64,000 nt of DNA from an uncultured bacterium (GCA_963695435.1 OY968788.1:477456-541455); one strand, 5' to 3'; positions 47,710-57,997 are shown, counted from the stretch's first letter. A program made the numbers and translations. The notes: generated from the sequence alone by a model not told the origin.

Positions 47710-49926
47710 TTATTTCACAGTAATCGTCCAGCCGAATACCGGCCCGAACCAACCAACATATTCAGAAACTAATTGGAAGTTCTCTTGGTAGACATCCGCC
47801 TTGGCGGGAGCTTTAACGGAAAAGTACCATTCTACTGTGCCATTGGGCGATACCATCTTGCCTGGGCTCATTACCCGATTGGGCGAAAGCCATGATGATG
47901 AATAAAATGAGCTAACCCGATCGTGGGGGGTAGCGGTTCCTAGCCGAACTGCGCCAGTATTTTTTAAATCAGTGCCGGCTGGCATCCACGCGGCGGAACC
48001 AGTGTTAACCAAATCTATCCAAAATCCCGCGCTTTGGTTGGGGGCAAGAGTGATGTTGTTCGTTTTCCCACGAATATCGGCTGAATATTCGGACAGATTC
48101 GTGCTGGTATAGGGATTAAATACATTATTGATATCAAAGATATTCGGGTTGGTAACGGTTACATCCCAGTATATGCCTAGGTCGTTCAACCAAGTAATAT
48201 ATTCAACCACGGGGCGGAAATATTCGCGGAATTTTCCATTTTGGTTGGCGCGAAGAGTGATTTCGAACCGAGCAATTTCACCAGGGCGTACTACGCTTGG
48301 AGTCATTGCGGCAGAACGGTTTTTCGAGATCCAGGAATTTACATCATAGAAGCTACTGTCTCGATTTGCGGGGCGATCGGTGCCGAGACGCATTTGTCCT
48401 TTGGCGCTGCTTGCCGATTTATCGCTAACCCACGCCACATTGCCAGTGTTTTTTACCTCTACCCAAACTTTTGCAGTGTCGCCAAGATACATCGTGGGGT
48501 AAGGACTCTGGCGCACCCAGCTCATCGAATGTTTCATCCCGCGCGTAACATTGAAAATCAAACTGCCGGACGAGGATAGAGCGATTGAATTTGCTCCGCT
48601 GAAAAATTCCAGCCGCTTTGTTTCTGCCACATTAGAGGTAAGAGTAAAAATAAGTTGCCCTTGAATATTGGTGACTCCCAAATTGATATCGCCGCTGGCA
48701 AGAACACCGTTGATCAAATTGTTATTTCCGCTTACTCGAACATTAACCGGCAAATTGAATTGGGGTTGATTGAATTCGTCACTGACCGTGAGAGTGATGG
48801 TGGCCGAGGTCAGACCATCGGCAGGAACGGTTGAACGATTGAAGTTTGCTTTCCCGACTAGGTTGCGAGGTTGATAGTTAATTGCCTGGCTGGCATCCAC
48901 TCGGCCAGCGCCGAAATAAATATCGTTTGGGTCGCTAGACAGGGGGACTGCTGTGGCTTTTAAAATTGAATTGATCTGGGCGGGAGAGAGTGTGGGATAG
49001 CGAGCTAACAATAGAGAAGCAACACCTGTTACTTCGGCAGCGGCAAACGAAGAACCTGAACCGCGAACATAACTGCTATCCGTAGCCAGTCCTGCCATCA
49101 AAATATTTTCACCGGGAGCGGTTAGATCAACTCCGACACCGTAGTTGCTAAAGCTGGAAAATTTTCCGCTATCACTAATCGAACTTACCGCGATAACACG
49201 ATCGTATGCGGCAGGATAAAAAACCCCCTGACCGTGATTGTTACCAACGGCGGCAACAATCGTGACCCCCTTATCGAGAGCATAGTTGATGGCACTGGAC
49301 AAATCGGTATAGTCATCCATCGCGCCGAAGCTCATGTTGATCAGCCTGGCTCCGTTGTCAGCGGCGTATCGCGTGGCTCGGGCAACTGTTTCAAAGTCTC
49401 CGCCGCCGGCAGAGTTGAGCGCTTTCAGCACCATAATTGGCGCTTGCCAATTCATCCCTGCCATACCTTTGCCGTTGTTGGTTTGAGCAGCAATAATGCT
49501 GGCAATGCCGGTGCCATGACCGTGAGTGTCCTGCAAATCGACATTGTTGTTCAAAAAATTGTAGCCGTTGTAATCATCAACATAGCCGTTGCGGTCATCA
49601 TCAACCCCGTTGCCCGGGATTTCATCGGAGTTTACCCAAAGTTTGTTCGCTAGATCCTCGTGGGGAAGATCTATGCCAGTGTCGATTACCGCGATGGGAA
49701 TATTGCTGCCAGTTGTAACACTCCACGCCGATGACGCGTTGATGATCGAAAGGCCTGATTGCGATGAGAACAGTGGATCGTTGGGCGTAACTTGTTGGAC
49801 GCTGATGGGCAAACTGGCATCACCCAAAATTACCCCAGCGATTTGCAAGGGCGCGGCTGCCGAAACGGAGGGCATCCACTGGGTGAGATAAATTACGCTT
49901 AAACAAGCTAAGAGCCACTTCCGCAT
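47710..49926 (-). CDS. Secreted subtilisin-like S8 serine protease with two C-terminal copies of the ~85-aa LGT..SW..NR...PVxEYxxW module
   Basis: Signal peptide. Asp (AVIDTGID), His (HGHGTGIASII), Ser (GSGSSFAAAEVTG) catalytic regions. Tandem C-terminal domains. Confidence 0.85.
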   Translation of the reverse strand: MRKWLLACLSVIYLTQWMPSVSAAAPLQIAGVILGDASLPISVQQVTPNDPLFSSQSGLSIINASSAWSVTTGSNIPIAVIDTGIDLPHEDLANKLWVNSDEIPGNGVDDDRNGYVDDYNGYNFLNNNVDLQDTHGHGTGIASIIAAQTNNGKGMAGMNWQAPIMVLKALNSAGGGDFETVARATRYAADNGARLINMSFGAMDDYTDLSSAINYALDKGVTIVAAVGNNHGQGVFYPAAYDRVIAVSSISDSGKFSSFSNYGVGVDLTAPGENILMAGLATDSSYVRGSGSSFAAAEVTGVASLLLARYPTLSPAQINSILKATAVPLSSDPNDIYFGAGRVDASQAINYQPRNLVGKANFNRSTVPADGLTSATITLTVSDEFNQPQFNLPVNVRVSGNNNLINGVLASGDINLGVTNIQGQLIFTLTSNVAETKRLEFFSGANSIALSSSGSLIFNVTRGMKHSMSWVRQSPYPTMYLGDTAKVWVEVKNTGNVAWVSDKSASSAKGQMRLGTDRPANRDSSFYDVNSWISKNRSAAMTPSVVRPGEIARFEITLRANQNGKFREYFRPVVEYITWLNDLGIYWDVTVTNPNIFDINNVFNPYTSTNLSEYSADIRGKTNNITLAPNQSAGFWIDLVNTGSAAWMPAGTDLKNTGAVRLGTATPHDRVSSFYSSSWLSPNRVMSPGKMVSPNGTVEWYFSVKAPAKADVYQENFQLVSEYVGWFGPVFGWTITVK

Positions 49927-50008
49927 ATCTTGTATTTTATCACAGCGTCTGGTTTGCCTGATTTGACAGGAAGAAATCTGTTAGACTAGAATCTGTAAGT
50001 TGTTCGTT

Positions 50009-50082
50009 GGGTCCGTAGCTTAGTGGTAAAGCAGTTGCCTTTTAAGCAATTGATGCAGGTCCGATTCCTGCCGGACCCACCA
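50009..50082 (+). tRNA. tRNA-Lys (anticodon UUU)
   Basis: GGGTCCG acceptor pairs with CGGACCC, D-loop AGTGGTAA, anticodon loop CTTTTAA, T-loop, encoded CCA. Confidence 0.9.
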
Positions 50083-50095
50083 GAAAACCAACTGA

Positions 50096-51001
50096 TTATA
50101 ACGGCAGTCGTTTAATCCACTGTTCTGGATTAAGCTCCTCTGACTCTGTCGGCGGGGCGATAGTTAGTTTTTCGTTTTGATGAGAAAGCCCGAGGGTCAA
50201 ATCGAAATCGGTGGGGACTCCGTCGGTTTGATATAACCCTGCTAGCTTGAATTGGGATAGCTGAAAAGTGCGTTTGTTAATCCACAGTTCCGGCTGATAG
50301 TCGGATAGGTTGTTTAGATTTTCCTCGGTTACAGGAACCCCTAAAAGAGTGCCGATTTGCTTACTCAAATCTGCGACAGCTTCCGCTTTGAATTTGGCGC
50401 GATAATGGTATGACCTTTGGCCGCTGACCGTCGCATCGGGCAAAACTTCTGTTACTTCAAATAACGAGGTATCCGCAATAAGTTGGCGTAACTGTCCAAT
50501 TTGTTCGGGAGTAAAAGCAGTTTTTTCGAGGACACCTAGTTTGCTTTCGTTGGGGTTAGACACGGCAATATGACGAACTTTGTACCATCGACTACTTGCT
50601 CCCAGCGATACCGGAGAGAGTGTGGGGAGAGACAAATTAGTCATCCGAAAATAAGTGTAATCGCCGACACTCACCAAATCACCGTTAATAGCAAACCCTC
50701 CCGCCGAAGCCGTGCCAGAAAGAATTGCCTGCAGAGTGAATTGCGGGTTGCTAGGATCTTGGTTGTTAGTACTGCCAGTCAGTTTGACGGATGCATTGCT
50801 TACCCCCTCAACGATAGCGATGGGCAGGCGACCGGCGAGGGTCAAATCGACAGAATATTCAAAGGTGGTCAAGGCAGCGGAAGCTTGGGCAAATTTGGCG
50901 ATAACCTCGTCCGGCATTGGATGCGAGAAAATACAACCGCTCAAAGATAGCGCCAGAGGAAGCCATGCCCAAACAAGATAACGACTGATGGTTCGCATCA
51001 T
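50096..51001 (-). CDS. Putative lipoprotein (301 aa)
   Basis: Lipobox LSLSGC after signal peptide. Confidence 0.6.
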   Translation of the reverse strand: MMRTISRYLVWAWLPLALSLSGCIFSHPMPDEVIAKFAQASAALTTFEYSVDLTLAGRLPIAIVEGVSNASVKLTGSTNNQDPSNPQFTLQAILSGTASAGGFAINGDLVSVGDYTYFRMTNLSLPTLSPVSLGASSRWYKVRHIAVSNPNESKLGVLEKTAFTPEQIGQLRQLIADTSLFEVTEVLPDATVSGQRSYHYRAKFKAEAVADLSKQIGTLLGVPVTEENLNNLSDYQPELWINKRTFQLSQFKLAGLYQTDGVPTDFDLTLGLSHQNEKLTIAPPTESEELNPEQWIKRLPL

Positions 51002-51064
51002 ACAGTCCGTATTATACCAGCCTTGAATTCGTGGGTTGGCATTATAATAGTGGGGGAGGAGGGG

Positions 51065-51598
51065 ATGAATCTACGACAGATAACTGACATCCATCAACTA
51101 CCCGTGCTTGATCTAGAAACTGGTGAAATGCTCGGGGAGGTTGTTAGTTGGCTGATTAACCCCGTTCAGCAAAAGCTGGTCGCGTTTACGCTGACCAAGT
51201 TTGGCGCGTGGCAAAAAATGAAAGTGGTCGTTCCGTCCGACATCGTAGAGTACGCTCCAAAAATGATAGTGGTGCAGACTCAAAGCGCGATAATCACTCC
51301 GGATGAAATCGCGGGGTTATTGGAATTGATAGACAACCGCATGGAGCTAACTGGATTTCGGGCGGAAACTGAAAACGGCAAGTTGATTGGCACGGTGTCT
51401 GATTTTGTGTTTGATGTCATAGGCTCAACCATTCAGCAATACTATATTCAGCCGCCAACTGTTTTGGGGGCGCTTAGTAGTGACTGGATTTTGCCGGCGG
51501 ATCGGGTAACGCGAATTGAAAAAAATCGGCTGGTGTTCCCAGACGATATTTTAATGGTAACGAGACCTGTAACCCAACACCAAACTCAAACAACTTGA
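51065..51598 (+). CDS. PRC-barrel domain protein (two PRC-like halves)
   Basis: Start at Met preceded by gggggaggagggg RBS and a TATAAT -10 box at 51043-51048. The upstream ATG at 51023 lies before the -10 box. Confidence 0.65.
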   Translation: MNLRQITDIHQLPVLDLETGEMLGEVVSWLINPVQQKLVAFTLTKFGAWQKMKVVVPSDIVEYAPKMIVVQTQSAIITPDEIAGLLELIDNRMELTGFRAETENGKLIGTVSDFVFDVIGSTIQQYYIQPPTVLGALSSDWILPADRVTRIEKNRLVFPDDILMVTRPVTQHQTQTT

Positions 51599-51599
51599 T

Positions 51600-52325
51600 T
51601 TAGGCTACTTTTACGATACCCAATTTTACCAGCTCGGCACGAGCCACGCGGTAGCGGGGGATAGTCTGAAGTTTTTGAAGTTCCTTTTTCACGACATTGG
51701 GAGAAACTTTTTTAAGAAGCCCTCCGCTGATTTGAATAGCCGCCCAGGTCGCATTGTCGTATTTGAACCCAAGTAAATGACGAAATCGAATTGCCCTAAG
51801 AATTCGGATAGGGTCTTCCTGGAAACGAATCATCGGGTCACCGATAATGCGAATTCGTTTTTTCTTGATATCCTCCATACCTCCCACATAGTCTAAGTAC
51901 TTCCCAGTTTTGGGGTTCAAGTAAATGGCGTTGACGGTGAGGTCTCGGCGGGGTGCGTCTTGGGCGGCGACTGACACAAATTTAATTTCATCGGGGTAGC
52001 GTTTGACCAGCTCTAATTCCTGACGATAAATATCATGACGAAAAGTAGTAATTTCAAAATGAAGTTGGGCATAGGTGAAAGACACCACACCAAATTTCTC
52101 ATCGACAATAGTGGGGGTAATATTGTTGCGCTCTAATACTTTTACCACTTGGTTTGGACGAGCACTGGTGGCAATATCAACATCGGCTCGGTCTGATTCA
52201 ATGCCAAGCAAACGATCGCGGACTTGGTTACCCACCAAGTATGAAGAGTGACCGGCATCCTGTAGCCAAAAAACTGGAGTGTTGATATCTGGTTTACGCA
52301 TTGAGGTTGAATAGAGTTCGGGCAT
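51600..52325 (-). CDS. tRNA nucleotidyltransferase / poly(A) polymerase family protein, head+neck only (241 aa)
   Basis: Pol-beta-type nucleotidyltransferase motif GNQVRDRLLG...DVDIAT. Lacks the long C-terminal body and tail domains. Confidence 0.75.
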   Translation of the reverse strand: MPELYSTSMRKPDINTPVFWLQDAGHSSYLVGNQVRDRLLGIESDRADVDIATSARPNQVVKVLERNNITPTIVDEKFGVVSFTYAQLHFEITTFRHDIYRQELELVKRYPDEIKFVSVAAQDAPRRDLTVNAIYLNPKTGKYLDYVGGMEDIKKKRIRIIGDPMIRFQEDPIRILRAIRFRHLLGFKYDNATWAAIQISGGLLKKVSPNVVKKELQKLQTIPRYRVARAELVKLGIVKVA

Positions 52326-53076
52326 TGCGGGTGGTAATTTCCTCCACCTCGCTTATAGGCACATCTTTAATTTCGGCTATTTTGCGGGCAACATCAACCA
52401 CATTGATAGGTTCTGACCGTTCTCCCTTGAGGTGGAGAGGGGGGAGGAAGGGGCAATCGGTCTCCAGAACCATCCTATCTAAACTGATAATTTTTACCGC
52501 TTCTACCAGAGAAGCGTTTTGGGGATAAGTTACTAAATTATTTATTCCGATGAAAAAACCAAGCTTCAGGAATTGCTGGGCGTAGGCAGGGCCGGCAGCA
52601 AAAGAATGAATGACACCGGGGATGCGACCCCCAAGACGCGGGATGTATTCGCTTTCGAGTAGCGCCAACATTTCGGTGTAGGCATCTCGGCAGTGTAAGA
52701 TCACTGGTTTACCGACTTGCAGAGCCAAATCTAGCTGGGCGGTGAAGGCGGCAACTTGCTGATCGTGAGCAGAAAGATTGCGAAAGTAGTCCAGACCAAT
52801 TTCGCCGATAGCCACAACCTTGGGTTGGCGAGCAAGCTGTTTGAGTCCGCCTAGTTCTTGTTCCCATCGGTCAGCGTAGTGAGGGTGCAGACCAGCCGTA
52901 GCGTATATATTAGTGTAACGGGATGCTAAATTGATTGACTCATTTGAGGTAGCGAGGTCGGTACCGACATTGATAATCGTTGTTAGCCCTTCGTCCCATG
53001 CTCGGTCAATTACCACCTCAAGGTCGGGATGGAATTGGGAGAAGTTGAGGTGGGCGTGGGTATCGATAATATCCAT
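52294..53076 (-). CDS. tatD: TatD-family metal-dependent hydrolase
   Basis: N-terminal IDTHAHL motif and TIM-barrel length. Confidence 0.85.
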   Translation of the reverse strand: MDIIDTHAHLNFSQFHPDLEVVIDRAWDEGLTTIINVGTDLATSNESINLASRYTNIYATAGLHPHYADRWEQELGGLKQLARQPKVVAIGEIGLDYFRNLSAHDQQVAAFTAQLDLALQVGKPVILHCRDAYTEMLALLESEYIPRLGGRIPGVIHSFAAGPAYAQQFLKLGFFIGINNLVTYPQNASLVEAVKIISLDRMVLETDCPFLPPLHLKGERSEPINVVDVARKIAEIKDVPISEVEEITTRNARTLFNLNA

Positions 53077-53082
53077 AGCTCT

Positions 53083-53931
53083 TTATTTTAGCAGGGTAAT
53101 CCAAACTACCAAGCCGATGATTATCGTACTTGCAATGATGGTTTTTGAATGCAATTTTTCTTTTAGAAAAACTGCCGAGAGCCAATAAACCAGAATAGGG
53201 GAGAGAGTAAAGACAAATAAGGTCTCTGACAGCCCCCGCAATTTGAAGGCGGAATAAGTTGCCCATACCGAAACCACTATTAAGCCTCCGATCGCGCCGA
53301 ACCATTTCAAATGATGTGGTTTGATAACGGAAAGACGCGGTTTAATTACAATAGCCAGAATAATCAGTATAAACACACATCGGACAAAGTAGAGAGTTAG
53401 CGGGTCCCAAACTCCCAGTAAACGCTTCAAGAAGACTAACTCTAGACCGCTAAGAACTATATAGGCTAATATCGCAAGTAATCCATCGCTTAGGGCAACT
53501 TGATGGCGTCTGTAATGACTCCACAGAAGAACTACACTAGCGATTGCTATGGCGATATAAACTTGTATAAACCGCTCGCTGGGGTAAAAAATTCCTGCAA
53601 TCAGAATACCCGCCAAAGGACCGAACAACAGAAATGGTTCAATCTCGGAGATTTTTTCGCGTTCCAACCCCCAATAAAACAAAGTGTTGTGAAGACAGGC
53701 TAAAATTACTGCTCCCAGAAGCCATGGCGCGGTGCGCACAACTTCTGACCAAACCGGCAATTCACCAATGAACGGCATCAGCACAGCCAGTATTACAACG
53801 ATGGACGCGAACATGAACCAGTTGAACTCGCGACTGCTAAACCGACCAAAGCGTCGTAAAAAGGCTTTGGTAATAGTTAGATAAATAGCGTCAGTAACGA
53901 CCCCTATCAGTGGCAAGAGCACAACTGGCAT
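53083..53931 (-). CDS. EamA/DMT-superfamily membrane transporter
   Basis: About 10 TM helices in two EamA-like halves. Confidence 0.7.
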   Translation of the reverse strand: MPVVLLPLIGVVTDAIYLTITKAFLRRFGRFSSREFNWFMFASIVVILAVLMPFIGELPVWSEVVRTAPWLLGAVILACLHNTLFYWGLEREKISEIEPFLLFGPLAGILIAGIFYPSERFIQVYIAIAIASVVLLWSHYRRHQVALSDGLLAILAYIVLSGLELVFLKRLLGVWDPLTLYFVRCVFILIILAIVIKPRLSVIKPHHLKWFGAIGGLIVVSVWATYSAFKLRGLSETLFVFTLSPILVYWLSAVFLKEKLHSKTIIASTIIIGLVVWITLLK

Positions 53932-55439
53932 TATTTATCCTCCTGTTTGGGAAAAAGGATTTCGGACTGTCCTAGCTTGTGTCCTTCCGGCAATCCGCCC
54001 CATTGAATTTCTTTTTCAAAATCGAAATTGTCGGGATCAATTGGGCCGAGGCCGAGTTGCTTTCTAATTCGATCAGAAGTTTCGGGCAGGAAGGGATAAA
54101 GCATAATACTAATATGACGTAACCCTTCCAGAAGATTGTAGATGGCGTTTTCCGCCTGAACAGCATCGGTTTTAATCGTTACCCACGGTTTCCGACAATC
54201 AACATAGCCATTGAGTCCGCTAATGTACAGCCAGATTTCGTATATACACTGCTGGAGATCTAGACTGTCCCAAAATCTTCTGTAGTGTCCCCAAATTTTT
54301 TTCGTTACGACCTCATCTTCAAAGATTTTCGGCACTTGATTACTAGTAATAGTTGACGCCAATTTCAGAACTCGGCTCAACAGATTGCCAAGATCATTGG
54401 CTAGCGCAGAATTGTACGATTCAACAAATCGAGAGGACGAATAATCACCATCATCATCGGTGGGGATTTCCCCCAGTAGGTAATACCGCACCGCGTCGGC
54501 TCCCCATTTGTCGATGAGTTCAATTGGGTCAATTACGTTACCCACCGACTTGCTCATTTTTTGCCCACCAGAAAGAATGTGGCCGTGCACCAGAATTTTT
54601 TTGGGTAAATCGATCCCCGCACCAAGCAGCATTGCCGGCCAATAGATAGTGTGAAATTTTAGGATATCTTTGCCAATAATATGGAGATCGGCAGGCCAGT
54701 ATTTTTTGTACTTATCGTCTGGATATCCCAACGCGCTAATGTAATTGGTTAGGGCGTCACACCATACATACATTACTTGCGAGTCGTCGCTTGGCACCGG
54801 AATGCCCCACGGCATTTTGTCTTTGGGGCGAGAAAAGCTGATGTCGGTAAGACCGGCATCAATAAAGTTGAGGGTTTCTTTGGCGCGATGTTCGGGAACA
54901 ATTACCAGACTTTTGCCAACTGCCTTTTTTAGGCCTTCAGTATATTTACCAAGCTTAAAAAGATAATTGTCTTCTTCCAGCTCGATTACTTTTTTGTCGG
55001 CGTACGCGCCTGACTCGTAATCGGTCTTGGTAATGTAGGATTCGTCGTTGACGGAGTAGTACCCTTTGTAGTGACCTTTTTCGATATCACCGTTGGCTGA
55101 TAATTTTTCCCACAAAGCTTGAGCCGCCGGCCAGTGACGCTTTTCGTCAGTTGTACGAATAAAATCGGTGTAAGAAATGTTGAGGCGGTGAGCAAGATCT
55201 TTGACGCTTCCCGTTATCTCATCTACGAACTGCTGGGGCTCCTTGCCCTCTTCCTGTGCCTTCTGATAGATTTTGACGCCGTGTTCGTCTGTGCCAGTCA
55301 GAAAATAGACATCACGCCCCTGAAGTCTCTGCCAGCGGGCAATGGCATCTGCCTGTGCCAACTCCAAAGCGAAGCCAATATGAGGCTTGGCGTTGGTATA
55401 GACGAGTGAGGTGGTGAGGTAGAACTTGTCTTTAGGCAT
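53931..55439 (-). CDS. metG: Methionine--tRNA ligase (short form, no C-terminal tRNA-binding domain)
   Basis: HIGH-class motif (NAKPHIGFALE) and KMSKS present. Confidence 0.9.
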   Translation of the reverse strand: MPKDKFYLTTSLVYTNAKPHIGFALELAQADAIARWQRLQGRDVYFLTGTDEHGVKIYQKAQEEGKEPQQFVDEITGSVKDLAHRLNISYTDFIRTTDEKRHWPAAQALWEKLSANGDIEKGHYKGYYSVNDESYITKTDYESGAYADKKVIELEEDNYLFKLGKYTEGLKKAVGKSLVIVPEHRAKETLNFIDAGLTDISFSRPKDKMPWGIPVPSDDSQVMYVWCDALTNYISALGYPDDKYKKYWPADLHIIGKDILKFHTIYWPAMLLGAGIDLPKKILVHGHILSGGQKMSKSVGNVIDPIELIDKWGADAVRYYLLGEIPTDDDGDYSSSRFVESYNSALANDLGNLLSRVLKLASTITSNQVPKIFEDEVVTKKIWGHYRRFWDSLDLQQCIYEIWLYISGLNGYVDCRKPWVTIKTDAVQAENAIYNLLEGLRHISIMLYPFLPETSDRIRKQLGLGPIDPDNFDFEKEIQWGGLPEGHKLGQSEILFPKQEDK

Positions 55440-55493
55440 GGTAGGTCAGCACAGCCTTTATTATAAGGGGTTTGAGGATACAATAAAAACGGT

Positions 55494-56120
55494 ATGGAAA
55501 TCACCAAAATCAGCGTCCAGGCGCGCAACCCCGAGCGGGTCAACCTGTATGTGGATGGTAAATTTTATCGCGGGTTAGACCGGCTGGTGGCTTTGAAGTT
55601 GGGACTGAAGTCCGGGCTGACCCTCAACCCCCAATTAATCGATAGACTCGAAACTACTCAAAGCGAAAATAGTGCATGGGAGTGGGCACTGCGCAGCTTG
55701 CAGGTCAGCCCGAAGTCAGTTCGGGATATGCGAATGAAGTTGAAACGCAAATTTGAGCCGGAGCTGGTTGAATCAATAATGAAAAAGCTGGAGGATGCCG
55801 ATTTGCTCAATGACGAAAGATTCGCGGAACGGTTGGTTGGTGATTTGATTCGGCGCGGGACGAAAAGCAAAAAGGAAATTGCGTTGAAGCTAAGGCAGAA
55901 GGGGATAGCGGATAATGTTACCAAGCAAGCTTTGGATCAAGTTGAGTCTGACGCGGACGCGGCACTGAAGCTGGCTCTTATTAAAAATCGGAGCCTAAAG
56001 GAAGACTTGTCGTGGCGAGAACGATATGAAAAAATTGCGAGCTACTTAGCCCGCAAAGGATTCCCCTATGCCGATATCCGCAAAACGGTCACCAAAGAAA
56101 ATCTAGACCTAAACGCCTAG
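55494..56120 (+). CDS. recX: Regulatory protein RecX
   Basis: Three helical RecX repeats. Typical N-terminal ...NLYVDGKFYRGLD. Confidence 0.8.
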   Translation: MEITKISVQARNPERVNLYVDGKFYRGLDRLVALKLGLKSGLTLNPQLIDRLETTQSENSAWEWALRSLQVSPKSVRDMRMKLKRKFEPELVESIMKKLEDADLLNDERFAERLVGDLIRRGTKSKKEIALKLRQKGIADNVTKQALDQVESDADAALKLALIKNRSLKEDLSWRERYEKIASYLARKGFPYADIRKTVTKENLDLNA

Positions 56121-56378
56121 TATTTTTTCTATTTGCGTTTGGTCAAACCCCACTACCACTCGTTCTAGTTTCTGACCAGCGCCATTTTGTAATTCAATAA
56201 TACTTACCGGAACATGCATCTGCTGGCTTTTTTCAACCATGGTCCGGCGAGCATCCAAATCACTCATGATATCGCGTTCCTCAAAACTAATGTTGCGTTG
56301 AGTTAGCCAGTCCATCAAAGCATGGCAGTAGTGGCAAGTGGGGGAGGAGAACACAGTATATTTGGCGAGTTGGTTCAT
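56109..56378 (-). CDS. Glutaredoxin-like (NrdH-type) small redoxin
   Basis: CHYC active site in thioredoxin fold. Adjacent to trxB. Confidence 0.75.
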   Translation of the reverse strand: MNQLAKYTVFSSPTCHYCHALMDWLTQRNISFEERDIMSDLDARRTMVEKSQQMHVPVSIIELQNGAGQKLERVVVGFDQTQIEKILGV

Positions 56379-56381
56379 GGT

Positions 56382-57290
56382 TTAGAGTTTGGCTTGAATA
56401 TAGTCGTAGGCTGACAATGCCGCCTTTGCTCCTTCGCCGGCGGCGATAATCATTTGCTTATAAGGAACTGTGGTGGCGTCGCCAGCGGCAAAAATGCCTG
56501 CGCAGGATGTTTTGCCGAATTGGTCAGCAACAATTTCACCTGTCGGGCTAAGGTTTACCAGCCCCTTAAGAAATTCTGATTTAACTGTATGGCCGATGGC
56601 GATGAATATGCCCTCGACCGGTAGTTTCTTTTCTCCCTCGGGAGTATCAATAGTAATTCCCTCGACAAATTTATCACCGACAATCTCCTTGACCGTAGCG
56701 TTCATGACTATCTCAACTTTCGGACTTTGTTTTACCTTCTCGACAAGCATCGGCTCGGCAGAGAACTTATCACCACGATGAACCAAATAAATTTTATTGG
56801 CAACCGGTATTAGTACGGTTGTGGAATACATTGCTCCGTTGCCCCCACCAATTACTGCTACTGGCTTTCCCTCAAAGAACGGGGCATCACAAGTGGCGCA
56901 GTAAACTACACCTTTATTCAAAAATTCTTTTTCTCCTGGCACATCCAAATGACGGTGCTCACTGCCGAACGCCAAAATGATCGCTTTGGCTTGGTAAGTA
57001 TTACTGGGAGTTTGGACAGAAAACCCTTCGGCGGTTTTGGTGACTGAAGTAATTTCATCGGCAACAATTTGAGCGCCAAATTTTTTCGCTTGTGCGGTAA
57101 ATTGGTTCATCAACTCTGGTCCGGTGATTGAATCTACACCCGGATAATTTTCTATGCTCAATGTGGTACTGGCTTGCCCGCCAATTTCTTTGCCAATGAC
57201 CAGTGCTGATAATTTACGGCGACCGGCATAAAGCGCGGCAGTCAGACCTGCGGCGCCAGCGCCGACAACGATTATGTCGTAGCTATTCAT
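56382..57290 (-). CDS. trxB: Thioredoxin-disulfide reductase
   Basis: FAD motif IVVGAGAAG, redox CATC, NADPH motif. Confidence 0.9.
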   Translation of the reverse strand: MNSYDIIVVGAGAAGLTAALYAGRRKLSALVIGKEIGGQASTTLSIENYPGVDSITGPELMNQFTAQAKKFGAQIVADEITSVTKTAEGFSVQTPSNTYQAKAIILAFGSEHRHLDVPGEKEFLNKGVVYCATCDAPFFEGKPVAVIGGGNGAMYSTTVLIPVANKIYLVHRGDKFSAEPMLVEKVKQSPKVEIVMNATVKEIVGDKFVEGITIDTPEGEKKLPVEGIFIAIGHTVKSEFLKGLVNLSPTGEIVADQFGKTSCAGIFAAGDATTVPYKQMIIAAGEGAKAALSAYDYIQAKL

Positions 57291-57367
57291 ATGAAGCCAT
57301 TATAGCAGGATCGCAAAACCCCGCCGACTGGCGGGGTTTTGGCTAATAGTTGGTTTAAGTCTTGAGA

Positions 57368-57670
57368 CTAAAATTCTTCTTCTTCATCCTCTTCTTCATC
57401 TACAAGGTTGGAGGACGCGATAATATTGTCTCCCTCTCCTTCTTCGCCAATGACCTTTGAAATTGGCACAGCGGTGTCTTCTTCCTCACCAATTGTTTCT
57501 TCGGCATCATCGTGAATGGTTGGAGCGGAAGTGTTGTCGGTATAGTCACTGTCGCCAGGGTTACCCATAGGCTTCTGGTCGGCAGTAATTGGATTCAAAT
57601 CTTCATCCATAAGTTTGTTCTTTTTGATTAGATATTTAACTAGTTGTCTCGACCCTCGAGCACACGCCAA
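57368..57670 (-). CDS. Hypothetical highly acidic, probably disordered protein
   Basis: Ends DEEEDEEEEF. True start probably at internal Met (MDEDLNPI). Confidence 0.35.
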   Translation of the reverse strand: MACARGSRQLVKYLIKKNKLMDEDLNPITADQKPMGNPGDSDYTDNTSAPTIHDDAEETIGEEEDTAVPISKVIGEEGEGDNIIASSNLVDEEEDEEEEF

Positions 57671-57922
57671 AAAGTTCAGCCGTGTGCAAATTACTTTTTA
57701 CATACAATGCCGAGTTTATAGATACCCCTAGGGGGTGTCAATAGTGATTTTTCGTTGGTAGCCCGACGGGACATGTTTCCCCATTGCTATGGGGCCCCGC
57801 CGTTCGCCGCATTAGGGTAAACCCAACAAATTTATAGAGCGGTCTCACGCACGAACCCATGCTTCGCAGGGTTCGACTCTTGGTTGACCACCAAAAAACT
57901 CCGATGAATCGGAGTTTTTCGC

Positions 57923-57997
57923 TGGTAGCCCCAACGGGAGTCGAACCCGTCTTTTCAGATTGAAAATCTGACGTCCTAACCGATAGACGATGGGGCC
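57923..57997 (-). tRNA. tRNA-Glu (UUC)
   Basis: Cloverleaf with anticodon loop TTTTCAA. Encoded CCA. Followed by bidirectional terminator hairpin at 57893-57919. Confidence 0.85.

Noticed and set aside
57858-57892. Additional plus-strand tRNA (…gggttcgactcttggttgaccacca)
   Set aside because: Only a T-arm/acceptor-like 3' half is present and no D or anticodon arms can be folded. It is treated as a tRNA fragment within the inserted element.
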